64,000 nt of DNA from Felis catus. Taxonomy: Eukaryota. The stretch's first letter is position 1; the number at the start of each line of letters is the position of its first letter. The notes under the pieces were generated by a model. That model had not been told where the DNA came from. It searched no databases and saw only the letters and a program-made list of their open reading frames with translations. This document shows, in pieces, positions 26,060 to 39,601 of this stretch. The stretch spans positions 60,266,001 to 60,330,000 of the forward strand of contig NC_058368.1 of NCBI RefSeq assembly GCF_018350175.1, written 5' to 3'. The position numbers were made by a program, and so were the translations under genes.

Positions 26060-26430
26060 CAGAGATATTGAGTTATATATTCTGGAAAAGTAAGGAAAAG
26101 GTACAAAAGAATCCATAGAAGTTTGTAAATGTTTGAAGTTATATAACATAAAAGACAAAATAGATCTGTTTTAGTCTCCGTGGGTAGAACTGCGATAAGA
26201 GACTAGAAGTTTTAAAATGAACTTTAAGTAAACATGACGGAAGACTTGCCTAAAAAGTAGGAGAGTTTACAATATAATAAGCTGTCAAGTGATGTATATC
26301 AAGCTCCCTAAGAGAGACTTACAAAGAGAAAGAGTAGCTCCTAGTTCACAGAGAAGACAATTTCCACATTAGTTGTGAACCTGGATTTTATTATTTCTAA
26401 GATCATCCATAGCATGGAGACCTTATGGTT
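26060..26430 (+). mobile_element. CR1/L3 3' fragment
   Basis: Degenerate CR1 3' order of motifs ('ctggaaaag', 'aaatgtttgaag', 'ggaagactt', 'tctaagatc...cttatgg'). Confidence 0.55.
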
Positions 26431-27329
26431 GGTTGATACCATCATCTAGCTGCAAATAAGAAAAGGAATTAATGTAATTCACCAAACTTTTTAAACAATT
26501 AACTGACGTATTCAATGAACTGAATATTTTTGGAGAGTATACTAAAATTAAAAGTATTTTTATAATTTACTTAAAATAACTATAGAGTCAAAAAGACTTC
26601 ATAGCAATAAAAATCAATTAGTAAATCCAACTATAATTACATGTTTAGTTAAAAGGAGGACTTTCACCTTGATGGTATTCAAATTCACTAGTGAGTCACA
26701 AATCTTTTGAGTGCATTCTCTCTTATGTCTCAGACAAGGGTCCTGAACTTAGTCAACATTTTCTCCCACAATGGCGCCCTGCCTAATGCATTTCCTAATT
26801 GGTTCTTTTCATCCACTTATTCTTTTAAACTGTGACATTCACACACTACATCACTGGCCCTTATATTTGAATAAAAATAATTGACAAAAGTGCTTGTGTG
26901 TGCAACTGTACAGAAGGAGCTGCTATAGCCTCTTATCATTCTGATAAGTCCTTCTGGAGCTCATATTTCCGAGGTATATTTTGCCCTGCCTCTGCCTCTG
27001 CCTCTGCCCCTCAGACGTACAATGTGACAGAGATTTGTTTCAAACTGACAACCTAATTTCAGAGGAATGATGATAAACTATGTTTTTCCTATTTCTAAAT
27101 CAACTGAATTTTCTTCATCCAAATGTATATATAAGTTCGGAAGCAGTGGTGGTGATTGTGAGGTTGAGGCAAATCACATTGCTATTGGCCAAACACGTTG
27201 GGGGCCTTGCCTCAAAGGCACGGTGTCTGTGCCGCTGAACTCGAGCGCTGTCATGTGACTTATTTTCAGCAATGTGTAAACAGAAGTGGTCTTTGTCAGC
27301 TAAGGCAGATATTTAAAAAGCCAGGACAT

Positions 27330-27542
27330 GGTTCCTATGTCCTGCTCCCACAAACTTGCAATGTTCTAAACCGAGGCTACTCCATTAGCCTTGCACCCAA
27401 AGAGAAGACATCATACAACTATTACTCAGACAGTAGTCAACCTGAAATTGGCACTGAGAGAAAATTGTCCTGTCTTGTCGTGAGCCACTGAGACTCAAAG
27501 GCTGTTTCATACCACATGTCCTACTCTATGCTGATTTATACA
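27330..27542 (+). mobile_element. MLT1-type LTR 3' fragment
   Basis: 'gagccactgagact...ctgtttcatacc...ctgatttataca'. Confidence 0.5.
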
Positions 27543-28879
27543 AAGTTATAAAGTCAGAGACTTCTTTATCCCACAAGTATGACAATTATAAATGAATTGT
27601 GACTGGCATAGAAAACGATGTGGAGAAGCAAAGTGGGCAGGAGATTCTATTCGAAAAGTCTGAATGGGAAGACCCAGGGTAAGTCAAAAATGAGTTCAAC
27701 TACAGTAATGTCAGAAGTAACTTGTAAGCAGCTTAATGTAAAATGTGTAATCACCTTGAATGGAAAATAGGAACATTATTTGCCAATTTATGTGGTTTAA
27801 CCACGGAATAAATTTTGAGAAGAGGACACGCTGTTGTACATAAAAATGCTAGGATGGGGATTTTTGTCTTCAGGAACAGAAAGGAAGTGACAGCTTTTAA
27901 AGACAGGAACAGGAAGAAATAACAAAATTTTGAAATGTGTTGGATGAACAGCCTGGATGTGGGAGAAAATAAAAAGAGTAAGGTTTGTCAGTGATGCCAA
28001 GGTAAAGTGATTGAAAAATGAATATGCCACCAAATGGCAAGAGGACAAAAAAAAAAGAACACAGATAAGGAAAGACAGATGAATGCAAGGAGAGAGGATG
28101 GCAGATAATTTTTGCTTGTGTGCAAGCACTGGATATAATGAGTTTGTTGCAGTAATTAACATGTAGTCCGTGGTGTTACTTCTCTCCTTTGTATCTAGAA
28201 AAGAAGGAACGGTCACTATTTAGTATCACTTTGGAAGTATTTACTTAATTAGTTATGCAGTCAAAATAGCATAGCATTTGAAAGAATTCCATATACATAT
28301 CGTTTATGGATAAGTAGAAATATTTTTTAAAGTTGATTAAATATTAAGAAAATACCAACCTTCACTATTTCTAGGGACACCATTTCAAAACCATCAGTAG
28401 GACTGTGGTAAACTGAAGGTTTTTAAACAATAATCTGCATTTATCTGCATAATTCCTCATGTGAATATGATAGTTTACATTTTTATTTGAAGTTAAACAT
28501 AAATGTTGCTTCAGCCAAAAGAATAATAGCCAGAGGAGCAAAATAATACCCAGAAGGTGGAAAAAAGAGAAAGACTAGAATATCTTTTTTTGACTATGAT
28601 TTCATGACTCTAATACATAAAAAAAGTAATACTAAAATATAATTAATATGATTAAAATAGATAAATAGTTCAATGAAAAGTTCATGACTCTACATAAACA
28701 TGTTTTTAATAAATTTGTGATAACATGTTTTAATTTACAATTTTATATTTAAGGGATGATTTACGCTTCCTTGTTTTAACTGACATTTGTTTATTCTACT
28801 CAATCAAACAGACTAAGTGGATTTATGCTAAAATTATTCGTAGTCAATGAAAGCAAATTAATAATATATTAAGAGCAAA

Positions 28880-29350
28880 AATAATGGATAACTCTTGAGA
28901 TTTTACTATGTATCAGGAATTTCATTCTGCATTTTACATGCATATGCTCTAATTTAATCCTCGTAAGAGACTTGTAAAAAAACAATGTACTGGGTACAGT
29001 TTTGGGCTCTAGAACGAATTGTTCATGATTGTTTGACTGCTCTGCTGTTTATAACTTGGGTAACACCAAGCCTGGACTATTTATATTTCATCTTTTATCT
29101 TCAGAAATCTCTATAAATGGGGGAAAATAGTGCAAAGCCCTTAAGTTATTATAAGAATAAAGTAGCTAATGTAGAACAATCTGACACACAAATAATATTA
29201 GCCATTATTATGATCCCCACCCACTCAAAAATGAGGACACTGAGATTCAGAGAGGTAACCTCCTTTGTCCAAAACCTCCTTTGTCCATAACTACCATACT
29301 TTTCACATTCAGACTCCGATTCAGGTCTATGGCCTCTAAAAACCAAGTTC
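28880..29350. mobile_element. Cluster of MIR fragments in both orientations
   Basis: 'tttaatcctcgtaa', 'ctataaatggggg', 'atgaggacactgagattcagagaggtaa'. Confidence 0.65.
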
Positions 29351-30115
29351 CTCATTATTATTATCCCATTTAGGCAGTCCTAATCTTGAATAGTTGCTTT
29401 CCAATTTATACATCCTCAAGGCAGTTCATTTGGAACTTTGCAATCCATGGGTGCTAATAAAGGATGGCTAACAAAAAAAAATTTCCTCCCTACTTCCTAG
29501 AAGATTAGAATGACTGTTTAACAGAAATGAATATCTGCAATATTTGTATTTTCAGTAAGTACATATATCATCCCATATACACAAATAAATGCATATTTTG
29601 GGTAGCAAAATCTTTATACTAACACATAGCCTCATGATCAAAGTTCAATTTCTGAAAACTGAGATCAGTGTACCAATTTAATGCAAAGCAATATGTGTTT
29701 CTAAAATAAGTTTGAAACAAATTGTGAATTACCTGAATGTTGACTTGAGAAAATGGTCTAATCAAGAATGGATACACTTAACAAACTTGTGAACATGAAA
29801 TTAAAATAGCTGTTCTGATCCTGAATGGAAATATTCCTCTGATTTCCAAAACTGGTATACAGAATTCCTGCAGTTTGAATAAAGATGGTTTAGAAGATGC
29901 TCAATCTTTTCAATTCAATTCCAGCAAATCTTATGAGTTATTCATTCATATGTTTATTAATATTAATGTATATTAATTAAACATGTCATGTATATATATT
30001 CATATATAAGTATAATTTTTACTTATTTTATAATAGTTCACCTCACATAAAATCTATATGCTGGATTAAAAGTTGTGTGACTAACTCATTTATTTTAAAA
30101 TAGAGCCAATAATGA

Positions 30116-30228
30116 GCTGACAGTGTAGAGTCTGCTTAGAATTCTCTCTCCCTCTCTCTCTGCCCCTCCTCCCTTCCACATGTGTACACTCTCTCTCTCA
30201 AAATAAATAAATAAAACTTAAAAAAAAT
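30116..30228 (+). mobile_element. 5'-truncated Can-SINE
   Basis: Starts at 'gctgacagtgtagag'; A tail; TSD aatag(a/g)gccaata (30099-30111, 30231-30243). Confidence 0.88.
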
Positions 30229-30863
30229 ATAATAGGGCCAATAGCATCATAATGGTGACAATGTCTGGATTTCATTAATTATCAATCTAGGTTAAATAAG
30301 TTTTAAATTTGTCATTTCTTTTAAAATGTATTTACTCTAGGATGATTCTTTTTTTGCAGTAGATTTTGTGATATGGTTTTGTTTCCAGTCCAAATTATTA
30401 AATATGTCTGGTTTTGAAAGTCTTGAAATATTTTCTGTTTATTGTTTGGTATTAAAAACAGGAGGAAAGAATAATGAGTCATATTATCTGCTTGGGAGAA
30501 CTACATAGAGTAATATATATAGTTATAATTTAATATCATCAAAAATATGCAAATATTCAAAGTTTGCAATTATTTCCATATGTGTTAAGGGTAAATTAGT
30601 CTTATCAAAGGATTCCTCCAAAAATAAACATTTTCAAGATGGTATGCCTTAGATTTCTATTTAAATACTAAAAAGAGTACACACACACAATTTCTTTCCA
30701 ATATTAAATAAAGAATTCAACGTGTAGGTTTAGTAGTAAAAAAAAACATAATTAAAAATATATTAAATGTATTCTTTTTCACCTTCATATTCAAATGTAT
30801 ACTATACACTAGTGAGCAAAGTGAAAATCAAAAGATCATGTCTTCATATAAATAAACATTCAA

Positions 30864-31070
30864 GGGGCTTCTGGATGGCTCAGCCGGTTAAGGGTCTGAC
30901 TTTGGTTCAGGTCATGATCTCATAGTTCTTGGGTTCAAACTCGGCGACGGGCTCTGTGCTTAAAGCTGGGAGCCTGGAGCCTGCTTCAGATTCTGTGTCT
31001 CCTCTCTGGCTGCCCCTCCCCGGCTCATGCCCTCTCTCTGTCTCTCAAAAATGAATAAAGGTTAAGAAAA
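30864..31070 (+). mobile_element. Can-SINE
   Basis: Full body; TSD aaataaa(c/t)att. Confidence 0.94.
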
Positions 31071-32831
31071 TTTTAGCTAAATAAATATTTGAGATACATA
31101 ACCTGACATTATTTCTAATAACACACAAATGATGTACAAATAACTCTATTAGTGTTATTCACATTAATGGCTTAGAGGAAATCCTCTAGAATTTTAATTT
31201 TGATAGAGAAGAAAGGTATTTATTTACAATATTTAATCATTTCATGAAGTAAAGATGGAGGTAGTTGAGGACACTGGAAAAGAATTAGTTTGTGGTTTTT
31301 TCGATGCCTATGTCAATATGCCTGAAATGAAAGAAAAAAAAAATCAGTTACATAGTTTGAATGTCCTAGAACAATAGAATCCACTATTTATGCATTTATG
31401 TCCATCACATTTGATACCTAATGATTTAGCAGAAAAGCAATGAATTTCTGCAATTCCAAGAATTTTCTACTTTAAATACAAAGGTAAAACCAGGTGTTTT
31501 TATTAGTGTTCCCAGACGTTGTTCACTACCAATCATACCGGGGAACTGTATAATATCTCTCTCTTACACACACACACACTCATGCGAGCACATAAGAAAT
31601 AAATGTATATTATTAAATTAATCTGTTAAAGAATATTCAATTAGTATTTTTTTCCTTATTGTAACGAGTTCTTTTTTCAAATTGTTCTTTCACTTTTTTC
31701 TCCCCCAACTTGAATCTTGTGAGGAAAACATACACCTAAAAGGTTTATTTGAAATTTGTCAAGACCAGGAAAAAAATTCCCTTTTCTGTCCTTCTGCCTT
31801 TTTTTGTCACTTTAAGCCCATTTTCATTAAAATTTACAGGGAATAGGTTTCTAAAGAATTCAGAAGTATTAATAGATCACAAAATGATTGCGTTCAGTGC
31901 TCTGGCCCTCGTGCTTTTCTGCTATGTGTAAGCAATGGTGCATAAGAAGAAGCGTAAGAAACACACAACACAGTTACTGTTACCATAGTAGTGTAGTCCA
32001 ACACTCATTTTTGCGCATATAAAATTTCTTAAGCACCGTGATAAATGGTGATCTATAAAGATAAGTAAGGCATGATACTTTTTCTTCAAAAAGTCAAATG
32101 TCATAATAATTTAACCATGTTTTGTTAAATTTTAAGGTAGGGCATGAGACTTTAGAAGAGTAGGAAATGAAATTTTACCATATTAAAGACGCTAATATAG
32201 AGAGAGACTTGTTACACATCATCTATCATTACTCTTACTGCTACAATGAGGATAAAAGCCACAAACTAAAGGAGAGAGAGGAGTCTAAGTCCTGAATGAC
32301 CTTTATGTTCTTTCCACCAAACCTGAGCTGCAGACTCAAAACATCTTGGTGCATGAAATAAATAAACCTCTGACTTATAGGCTTATTGAAGCCATTTTTT
32401 TTCTTTTGGTCAGGTTTCTCTGTTATATGAAGCAAAATGTAATCTTAATTGATAGATTGATAGATAGATACTAGTATAGATATCCATTCTGATACATAAA
32501 AAATATTTTAAAATATTTTTTTAAATATTTTAAATATTAAATTAAATATTAAATTTAATTTCCTGAATCAGTGCAATTGAAGTATGCATCAGCTATTACT
32601 TATCTGCTGTTATTACCATGTAGAAAAATAAATGATGTATAAATACTTCATTTATTTTGTTGATTAACCTTGTTACCTGGTAACAAATCTTTTGGTAACA
32701 AAACATTTTCACCTGTTTAGTCCCTTTATACATTTTGTAGGCTATAGATTTTATAAGCTATTTCATACCAAAGCATCACTTGGCTTTTATGTAGAAAATG
32801 ACAATACTTTGAGATGTTCAACAAATTACTA

Positions 32832-32833
<2 letters not shown>

Positions 32834-32870
<37 letters not shown>
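32834..32870. repeat. (GT)n microsatellite
   Basis: Direct reading. Confidence 0.97.
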
Positions 32871-32871
<1 letters not shown>

Positions 32872-32889
32872 TTACAATTTAATATATGC

Positions 32890-33105
32890 GGGGCGCCTGA
32901 GTGGCTCAGTCGGCTGAGCGACCGACTTCAGCTCAGGTCATGATCTCACGGTTTGTGAGTTTGAGCCCCGCATCAGGCTCTGTGCTGACAGCTCAGAGCC
33001 TGGAGCCTGCTTCTGATTCTGTGTCTCCCTCTCTCTCTGTCCCTCCCCCACTTATGCTCGGTGTCTCTCTGTCTCAGAAATAAACATTAAAAACATTAAA
33101 AAAAA
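32890..33105 (+). mobile_element. Can-SINE
   Basis: Full body; TSD acaattt(a/g)atatat. Confidence 0.96.
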
Positions 33106-34516
33106 ACAATTTGATATATACAACACACAAAACCTGGTGTGGTGGCTAACCTATTTTACAAATATTGATAAATAATGCTTCTATGCAAATTTAAATCAAC
33201 CTTTAATAACTGATAAATAATGGCTAAACATTTGTTTGAGTTAAATGTATTGATTATTTTAACTCCTACATTTGGTTAATAGCTCTTTATTGACTTATGG
33301 CTGGTTAATAGAAGTAAGTTGTCTGTTTTCCAATAGATAATAAACTGAGAACATATGAAATAGTAGAAAACAAACTAAAATTTAAAATTTTACTATAGTT
33401 AATAGCAATAAATAAAAGTACATATTATAAAAACAAGAGCATTATATCAGTTTTTGTAATCATAATCTATTTGTAATCATAATTCTATTTGCATATTAAT
33501 CACATGACATTAATCATATTAACACATTTTTGTGAAATTATTTTAAGCTTCTACTGTGGACATTTGACCGTGTTGCAGGAGTCCTTGATAATAATTGCAA
33601 GCATATATTTGGCAAATGTTCAACATTTTCTTGAATTGGATAAGAAAGGAAACATTAGCAATGTATAATGGTCCTTCCAATTTAATGAGATATTTAGAAA
33701 AATAATATTACACGATGTCATTTACTATGCAACATCACATGTATGCATTTTATATGACTGCATATTAAACTTATAAAACATAACAACAATGTTGCAAAGT
33801 TGTATTGCTATTAAAAAGTGTATTTACAAAAGTTATTTTACAATAAGAAAACCATGAAATGTCTCATATATATTCAAAATTCCTTTATGAAAATCCAGTA
33901 AATAATTTTACAAAAATTATATTCAAATATTTTTGTTGTATCAACCAACCACTTAAATTAAATAACATGCATTATTTGGGCCAATATCTAGTTAGGAAAT
34001 CATCAAATCACTTACCCAAATATCAAAAAAAAACACATCAGGAGAATATACTTCCCTTAGAATGAGATGCAAGAGTACAAAAAAGGACAAGATTATTATT
34101 GCTCGATCATTTAACTGGACTCACAATGCATGAAAAGAAAGCCAGTACTTCAACATTCATATCAATTCATTATCCCCACTTCATTAGTTACTCAGTTCCC
34201 CAATTTCCTCCTCAGTCATGGCTAAAGAAGATCTTGGAAAAGGAAGTGGCTCCTAGAAAGTGGAGCCAAAGACTAAATATTATTGAACTAGCCAACTGCT
34301 TTTAAACATGAAAAAAGAAACCTAAGCTAGTACAGTCTCTAAACACAGGGTAGAAGGAACTGGAAACATCCACCCAGCAATGTTTCATAGTTGCTAGAGA
34401 CCACTGAGTTCTCTGAGGCTCAGCTCTTTCTATTTTCACCTGTTACAATCTTCCATTTATTCCACCCCTCTTCTTGTCTATTGTTTAGTGTATTTTTAGT
34501 TCATAGGTGTCTGTAC

Positions 34517-34654
34517 AAAAGAAGAGAAGAGAAAAGAAAAGAAAAAAGAAAAGAAAAGAAGAAAAGAAAAGAAGAAAAGAAAAGAAAAGAGAAGAAAAGA
34601 AAAGAAAAGAAAAGAAAAGAAAAGAAAAGAAAAGAAAAGAAAAGAAAAGAAAAA
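34517..34654. repeat. (GAAAA)n pentanucleotide microsatellite, pure purine
   Basis: Direct reading. Confidence 0.97.
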
Positions 34655-34819
34655 GCTAAATTCACATTGTAGATGACCACAGATCCTGGAAGTCCAGCCC
34701 ACTGGTGTAAATAGATGAGCCTTTTAGTGTGTCATGGGCAGATGCCTATAAATTTTGCATACACAAGAAAATCAGATGTTATGAACAAGAGGTTAGACTG
34801 TAGCAGAGTGAATTTCCTT

Positions 34820-35250
34820 TCTACAATTGTCCACTCCCCTCCCTCTTCCAGAAGGATCCGTTCTCCCGAGAGTATTATTTTCCATTTAGCCAGGTAATTT
34901 GATTTGCACATTCATGTACGTATAGAAGTGATATGAGCAGAAATTATAAATGAAGTTTGCAGTTTGGGCTGATATCTTTTGCTCCTCTGATCTACCATAA
35001 AACCTGCATGTTCCATGTGGCTTTGACCCCTTCCGCCTAAGCACACTTGAAAAGGACTTGACTCCTATGCAAAGTCAGGTTAACTGGCACCGAACCCTGA
35101 GCAGCCCAGCCAAACCAACTAGATCACAGTCTGGAGCAGAGCTTCTCCAAGGAAACCGCTGTACACAGTGAACAAGGAGGGGGGGGGGAAATGTTTGCAA
35201 TAGAAACCACTGATGTTTGGGGTGGTTTGTTACACAGAATTATTATTATT
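34820..35250 (+). mobile_element. Old MLT1/ERVL-type LTR fragment
   Basis: 3' end 'accactgatgtttggggtggtttgttacacag' is typical of MLT1. Confidence 0.55.
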
Positions 35251-36235
35251 TAACCTAAAGAAGATTTTTTTCTCCATGAAGTGTAATATAGTCAATTGTG
35301 AAACTAGGATAATGCCTAAGAACTCCTGGATTAAACTCTTAATTATTTAATTTGTTATGTTCCACTATCTTTATTTATCTCTTTTGTGGGGATATAATAT
35401 TTCCTTTAAAGAATATAATGTGATGGAAAATACATTATTATCATTTTAATGAATTAATTTATTTGTTATTTAAAATCATGGTTATTTATTTAAGTTATAG
35501 CATCATTAGGATTATATGAAAATTGTTAGCTTAAGTTTGTGGACCACAGTAAAATTACATAGGAAAAATGTACTTACCATAGCTTATTTATGATACAGAA
35601 GTATGGATCCTACAATTTAGCAGAGCATTGTAACAGATGGAGACTGTGGTAGAATTATTTTTAGAATTGGCTTACAGTGTTCATTTTTGGAAATATTAGA
35701 TACTGTTATAACTTCCATCTGCAAAAATTTTTTATCTGAATAGAAATTGTTTTATTTCTTATGGAAATAGGTTCTAACTTACTTCATGTGAAAGGGTCCA
35801 TCAACACAATAGTCTCATTTATATCCTATCTAAATTTTGCACTGGTTGCATTTAGATCTCATACCTAAAATATATTCAAATGATATATTAAATAAATAAG
35901 TTTTCTTCTTAAAGCCTAAGTTGAAATAAGGCTCATTAGGTGATAGCACTGAGTTGAGACTTCCTGTTTCCATTAGGATGGACTGAGGAGCCTGAGCAGA
36001 AAAAAAACCTTCCAGGGAGACGGATCATCCCTGCATTGGAAGTACTCATGTAAGCACAACTAGTAATTTGGAGGGCATTAGCATCCCCCCCCTCCTAACA
36101 CCTACCATATTTTTTTTGATATACAACACTGATATTTTCTCCTTCTTATATACATTGTGAACAGAAGTATGTTCTAAGACATTGTTATTTTGCTAATCTG
36201 AAGAGCCATGTGCCAATGCTGAAAACTCCACTTTA

Positions 36236-36412
36236 TTTATTTATTTTTTAAATATTTGTTTATTTTTGAGAGGGGGAGGGGTAGAAAGAGGGGGAACAGA
36301 CGATCCGAAGCAGACTCTGCGCAGCAGCGAATCCGATGTGGGAGCTCAAACTCACGAACTATGAGATCTTGACCTGACTTGAAGCTCAACCAACTGAGTC
36401 ACCCAGACATCC
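36236..36412 (-). mobile_element. Can-SINE (diverged, small internal deletions)
   Basis: Perfect 17-bp TSD ctgaaaactccacttta (36219-36235, 36413-36429). Confidence 0.93.
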
Positions 36413-38789
36413 CTGAAAACTCCACTTTAAATCTATGCTATTCCGTTTACTTCCAGATCTTAGACCCTATGTTTCTGATAGGGAAATTCTGTTGCCTCTA
36501 ATTAGTGTAAAGTTTAGAGATTCAAAGGCAGAGGAATTAGAAATAGTGGCTGACATTACATTCCAGTAAGGTTGGAGGTAAATTGCACCTAGGAAGAAGT
36601 TAAATAATATGTTTTTGCAGCTAGGTTTTGGAGCACCTGAAGATCCATGGTAAATAATATTGTTCTATTGGCATGAGGGAAAATTTCAGTCTTTTGCAAG
36701 GGAAGAGAATCATCGGAATTGTGAATTGGGGAACTGTATCTTGTGACAAAGTAAGTGATACATTTGTGGATAAAAACTGGATGCAATGGAACAAGGTAGG
36801 AATTGATCACTATATAGGAGGGACTGAAGAAAGCTTAGTGGAATTGGTGGTGCAAAAGAGGAGTAATGTGAATTATGCAGATGATTGATTCTACACAACT
36901 TGTCATCAAGAGTGGAGAAGAGGAGAAATAATTTTGAATGCAACTGAGATGCTCAGGTAGCTTACCTCATCCATATAAGACAAGAGGTTGGGATGTAGTC
37001 ACAAAAGGATGGTGCTGAACAATTGCTTTATTTGTATATTACTCAAACATCTATAATACAAATAAATTACATTGTCAGAAATTATGTAATCATTAAAAGC
37101 ATTTAATTGATGTTTTCATGTATCCAAAATCATTCAGTTAATTCAAATATTCTGTAAATGTGAATTTAAACCCTATTGAAATTTATTACAATTCATGAGA
37201 TGAAGTATTCATACACGGATTTCTTAAATACTACTTTAAATTCATAAAGACTAAAACAACTTTTACAAATTTGATTTCAAATCAAATTATACATCTTCAT
37301 CAAATTAAGTGGTTAGATTTCTTTAAAAATTTTCCTTAAAATTATGTTTAAATAGCATTTGATACATTAATGTTATGTTCCAATATGATTAACTTTAATA
37401 CTCTTGAACTAAATCCAATTCAAGGACCAACATCTATGTGTAGAAGAAAAGAATGGTTAAGAAGTGTAATTCCACCCCCCCAATTATACCCATGTGAAGG
37501 CTTATTTCACTACTAGCAGAAGACATGCATCAAATAATAAATGACAAGCTACATAGATTTTTGTTTTATACAATGAGTATTTGGATTTGGTTGTTTGGTT
37601 TTTGCCACATGAAGCTTCCTTCCATATTTGGCATAAGGGACAGATGAAAAAAAGAATCTGTTTACTCTTTCATATTATCCTAATGTTCATCTGATTATTG
37701 TTAAAAAGCTGGGGGAGAAAATTAATAAAACAAAATCTGTATAGTTAGTATATTGGGATTCAAAAAGGAATTGATATTTTCAAGGGGAGATGGATGGATG
37801 GATGGATAGATAGATAATTTCTCAGTGAAATTATTACAAAGATCTTGTTCTCTACTTCTCATTATTTAAGCCTGCAAATGATTCATGTACCTCAAGTTGA
37901 CTAGGCTTCTTTAAAATGAATACATTGTATTATAATCACTAGTGATTGGTTTATGAATCCGATAGCCAAAAGGCTGACAACTATGTCCTAAATCAATGAA
38001 TGCTCTTGCCCTTTTTGTTTCCAAAGAGGAGCCCCAGCATAAAACAGATGAAAGGGATAAATGTAAATTTTAAATATTTATTCCTATGGTTTCCTTCTTG
38101 TGGCATTGCCCTCTACTGAAGATCTGTGCTCCTTTAAATTCTACTGGAATTCCCCTAATTTGAGAGTTCTGTCTGTTCTCTAATTAATCATTGGCTGATG
38201 TATTAATAGGTACTGGGAAAGTTTATGGAAAATAGACCCACAAAGTAGGAATCTGACATTGGACTGCTTGCATATTAAAGATCCCTGGGATAACTTCCTT
38301 GACAGAGAAAAATGAGAAATGGGTGATCCATTGCATTTAGTAGTATCGTAGTAGGTCAGATTATCTCTACTTTGGCATAGGAAGTAGCAAAGAGGCAATG
38401 AAAGGCATTAGGAAAACAAATGTATATGGTATTTGATTGTTAGGGCAATGAGTAGTGATCATTTCTAGCTACCTTCAGACAAGAGGGGGTGTTTGTTGAT
38501 CAATGAAATCTTGGATTTATAAATCTATACTCCTTAAATCTATGAAAAAACTCAGTCTTGGATTCTTCTTTTGAGGGCTAGCTTCATATGATCTCTCCAC
38601 TAAAAATGCCGTATCACTCAGTGTTCCAGCAGCAAATAGATGGCACAGTACTTCTAAATCTCCTGGAATTATAAACCTCCTGAAAATATATCCCTATATA
38701 GGTGAGGTCATCCAGAGTCTCTGACATCCCTAGAAATTATACATTAGAAAAAAGAAGAATGAAAAGTTTTGCATAGGATTTGCCCTTAT

Positions 38790-38960
38790 CCACATAGGAT
38801 AGACTAGGTAAAACTATGCCATCAATCCTCCTACCAAAATAAAAAGAGGTAAATTGTGTACCTCATACTTTTGAAGACCTGGGAGAACTGTGGTAGCAAA
38901 GAATACTAGAGTAACTAATACTCGAGAGAGAGATGACCCTTCCTAGATGAGCTGAATCAT
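38790..38960 (+). mobile_element. Old L1 (L1MD/MC-like) 5'-end fragment
   Basis: 'gaagacctgggagaactgtggtagc...cccttcctagatgagctga'. Confidence 0.5.
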
Positions 38961-39502
38961 CACATACTCATAAACCAACTTCCAAACGTACAAATTTATG
39001 AACATTTTATTAAATTTAGTTTTCACTTAGCTTCTTCCCACAGTATGAAAGTAACAGTCACTACACCATTTTATTTCAACATACATCACTAAAAATAACG
39101 ACTCATTGAAAATTAAACTGCAAAACCTCTAGCATGTTAAAAAATAAATAAATAATGTTCCTCCTTTTAATTAAGCCATCAAATACCCAATTGGCTTACA
39201 CTATTCCAATTGGCTTACACTATTTAGTTGGCTTATTTCATTGGCTTGTTTGAATGCAATAAAGTATAAGAGTTGCACTTGAATAATATGTCTCACTGCA
39301 TCTTGGTTGATGTGTTTCTCGCTCTCTCGCCTTTTAATATAAATCTCATTATATCCCTTCCCTACTTTAAAATTCTCCAAAATTTGTCATTGAAATTAGA
39401 ATACAATTCAAACTTGTACTCATAGTATGCAAGAAACAAATCTTTTGGTTTGAACTTGCACTCTCCAACACCCCATTAAGTTAGCCGCAGCATTTTTCCC
39501 TT

Positions 39503-39503
39503 T

Positions 39504-39599
<96 letters not shown>

Positions 39600-39601
39600 T
39601 C
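39503..39601. repeat. (CTTT)n tetranucleotide microsatellite
   Basis: Direct reading. Confidence 0.98.

Noticed and set aside
27797..28216. Longest ORF (139 aa)
   Set aside because: Non-ATG start, low-complexity hydrophobic translation from the antisense of a purine-rich stretch, and no known homology.
34391..34702. Lys/Arg/Glu-rich and Phe-rich ORFs
   Set aside because: Products of the (GAAAA)n microsatellite.
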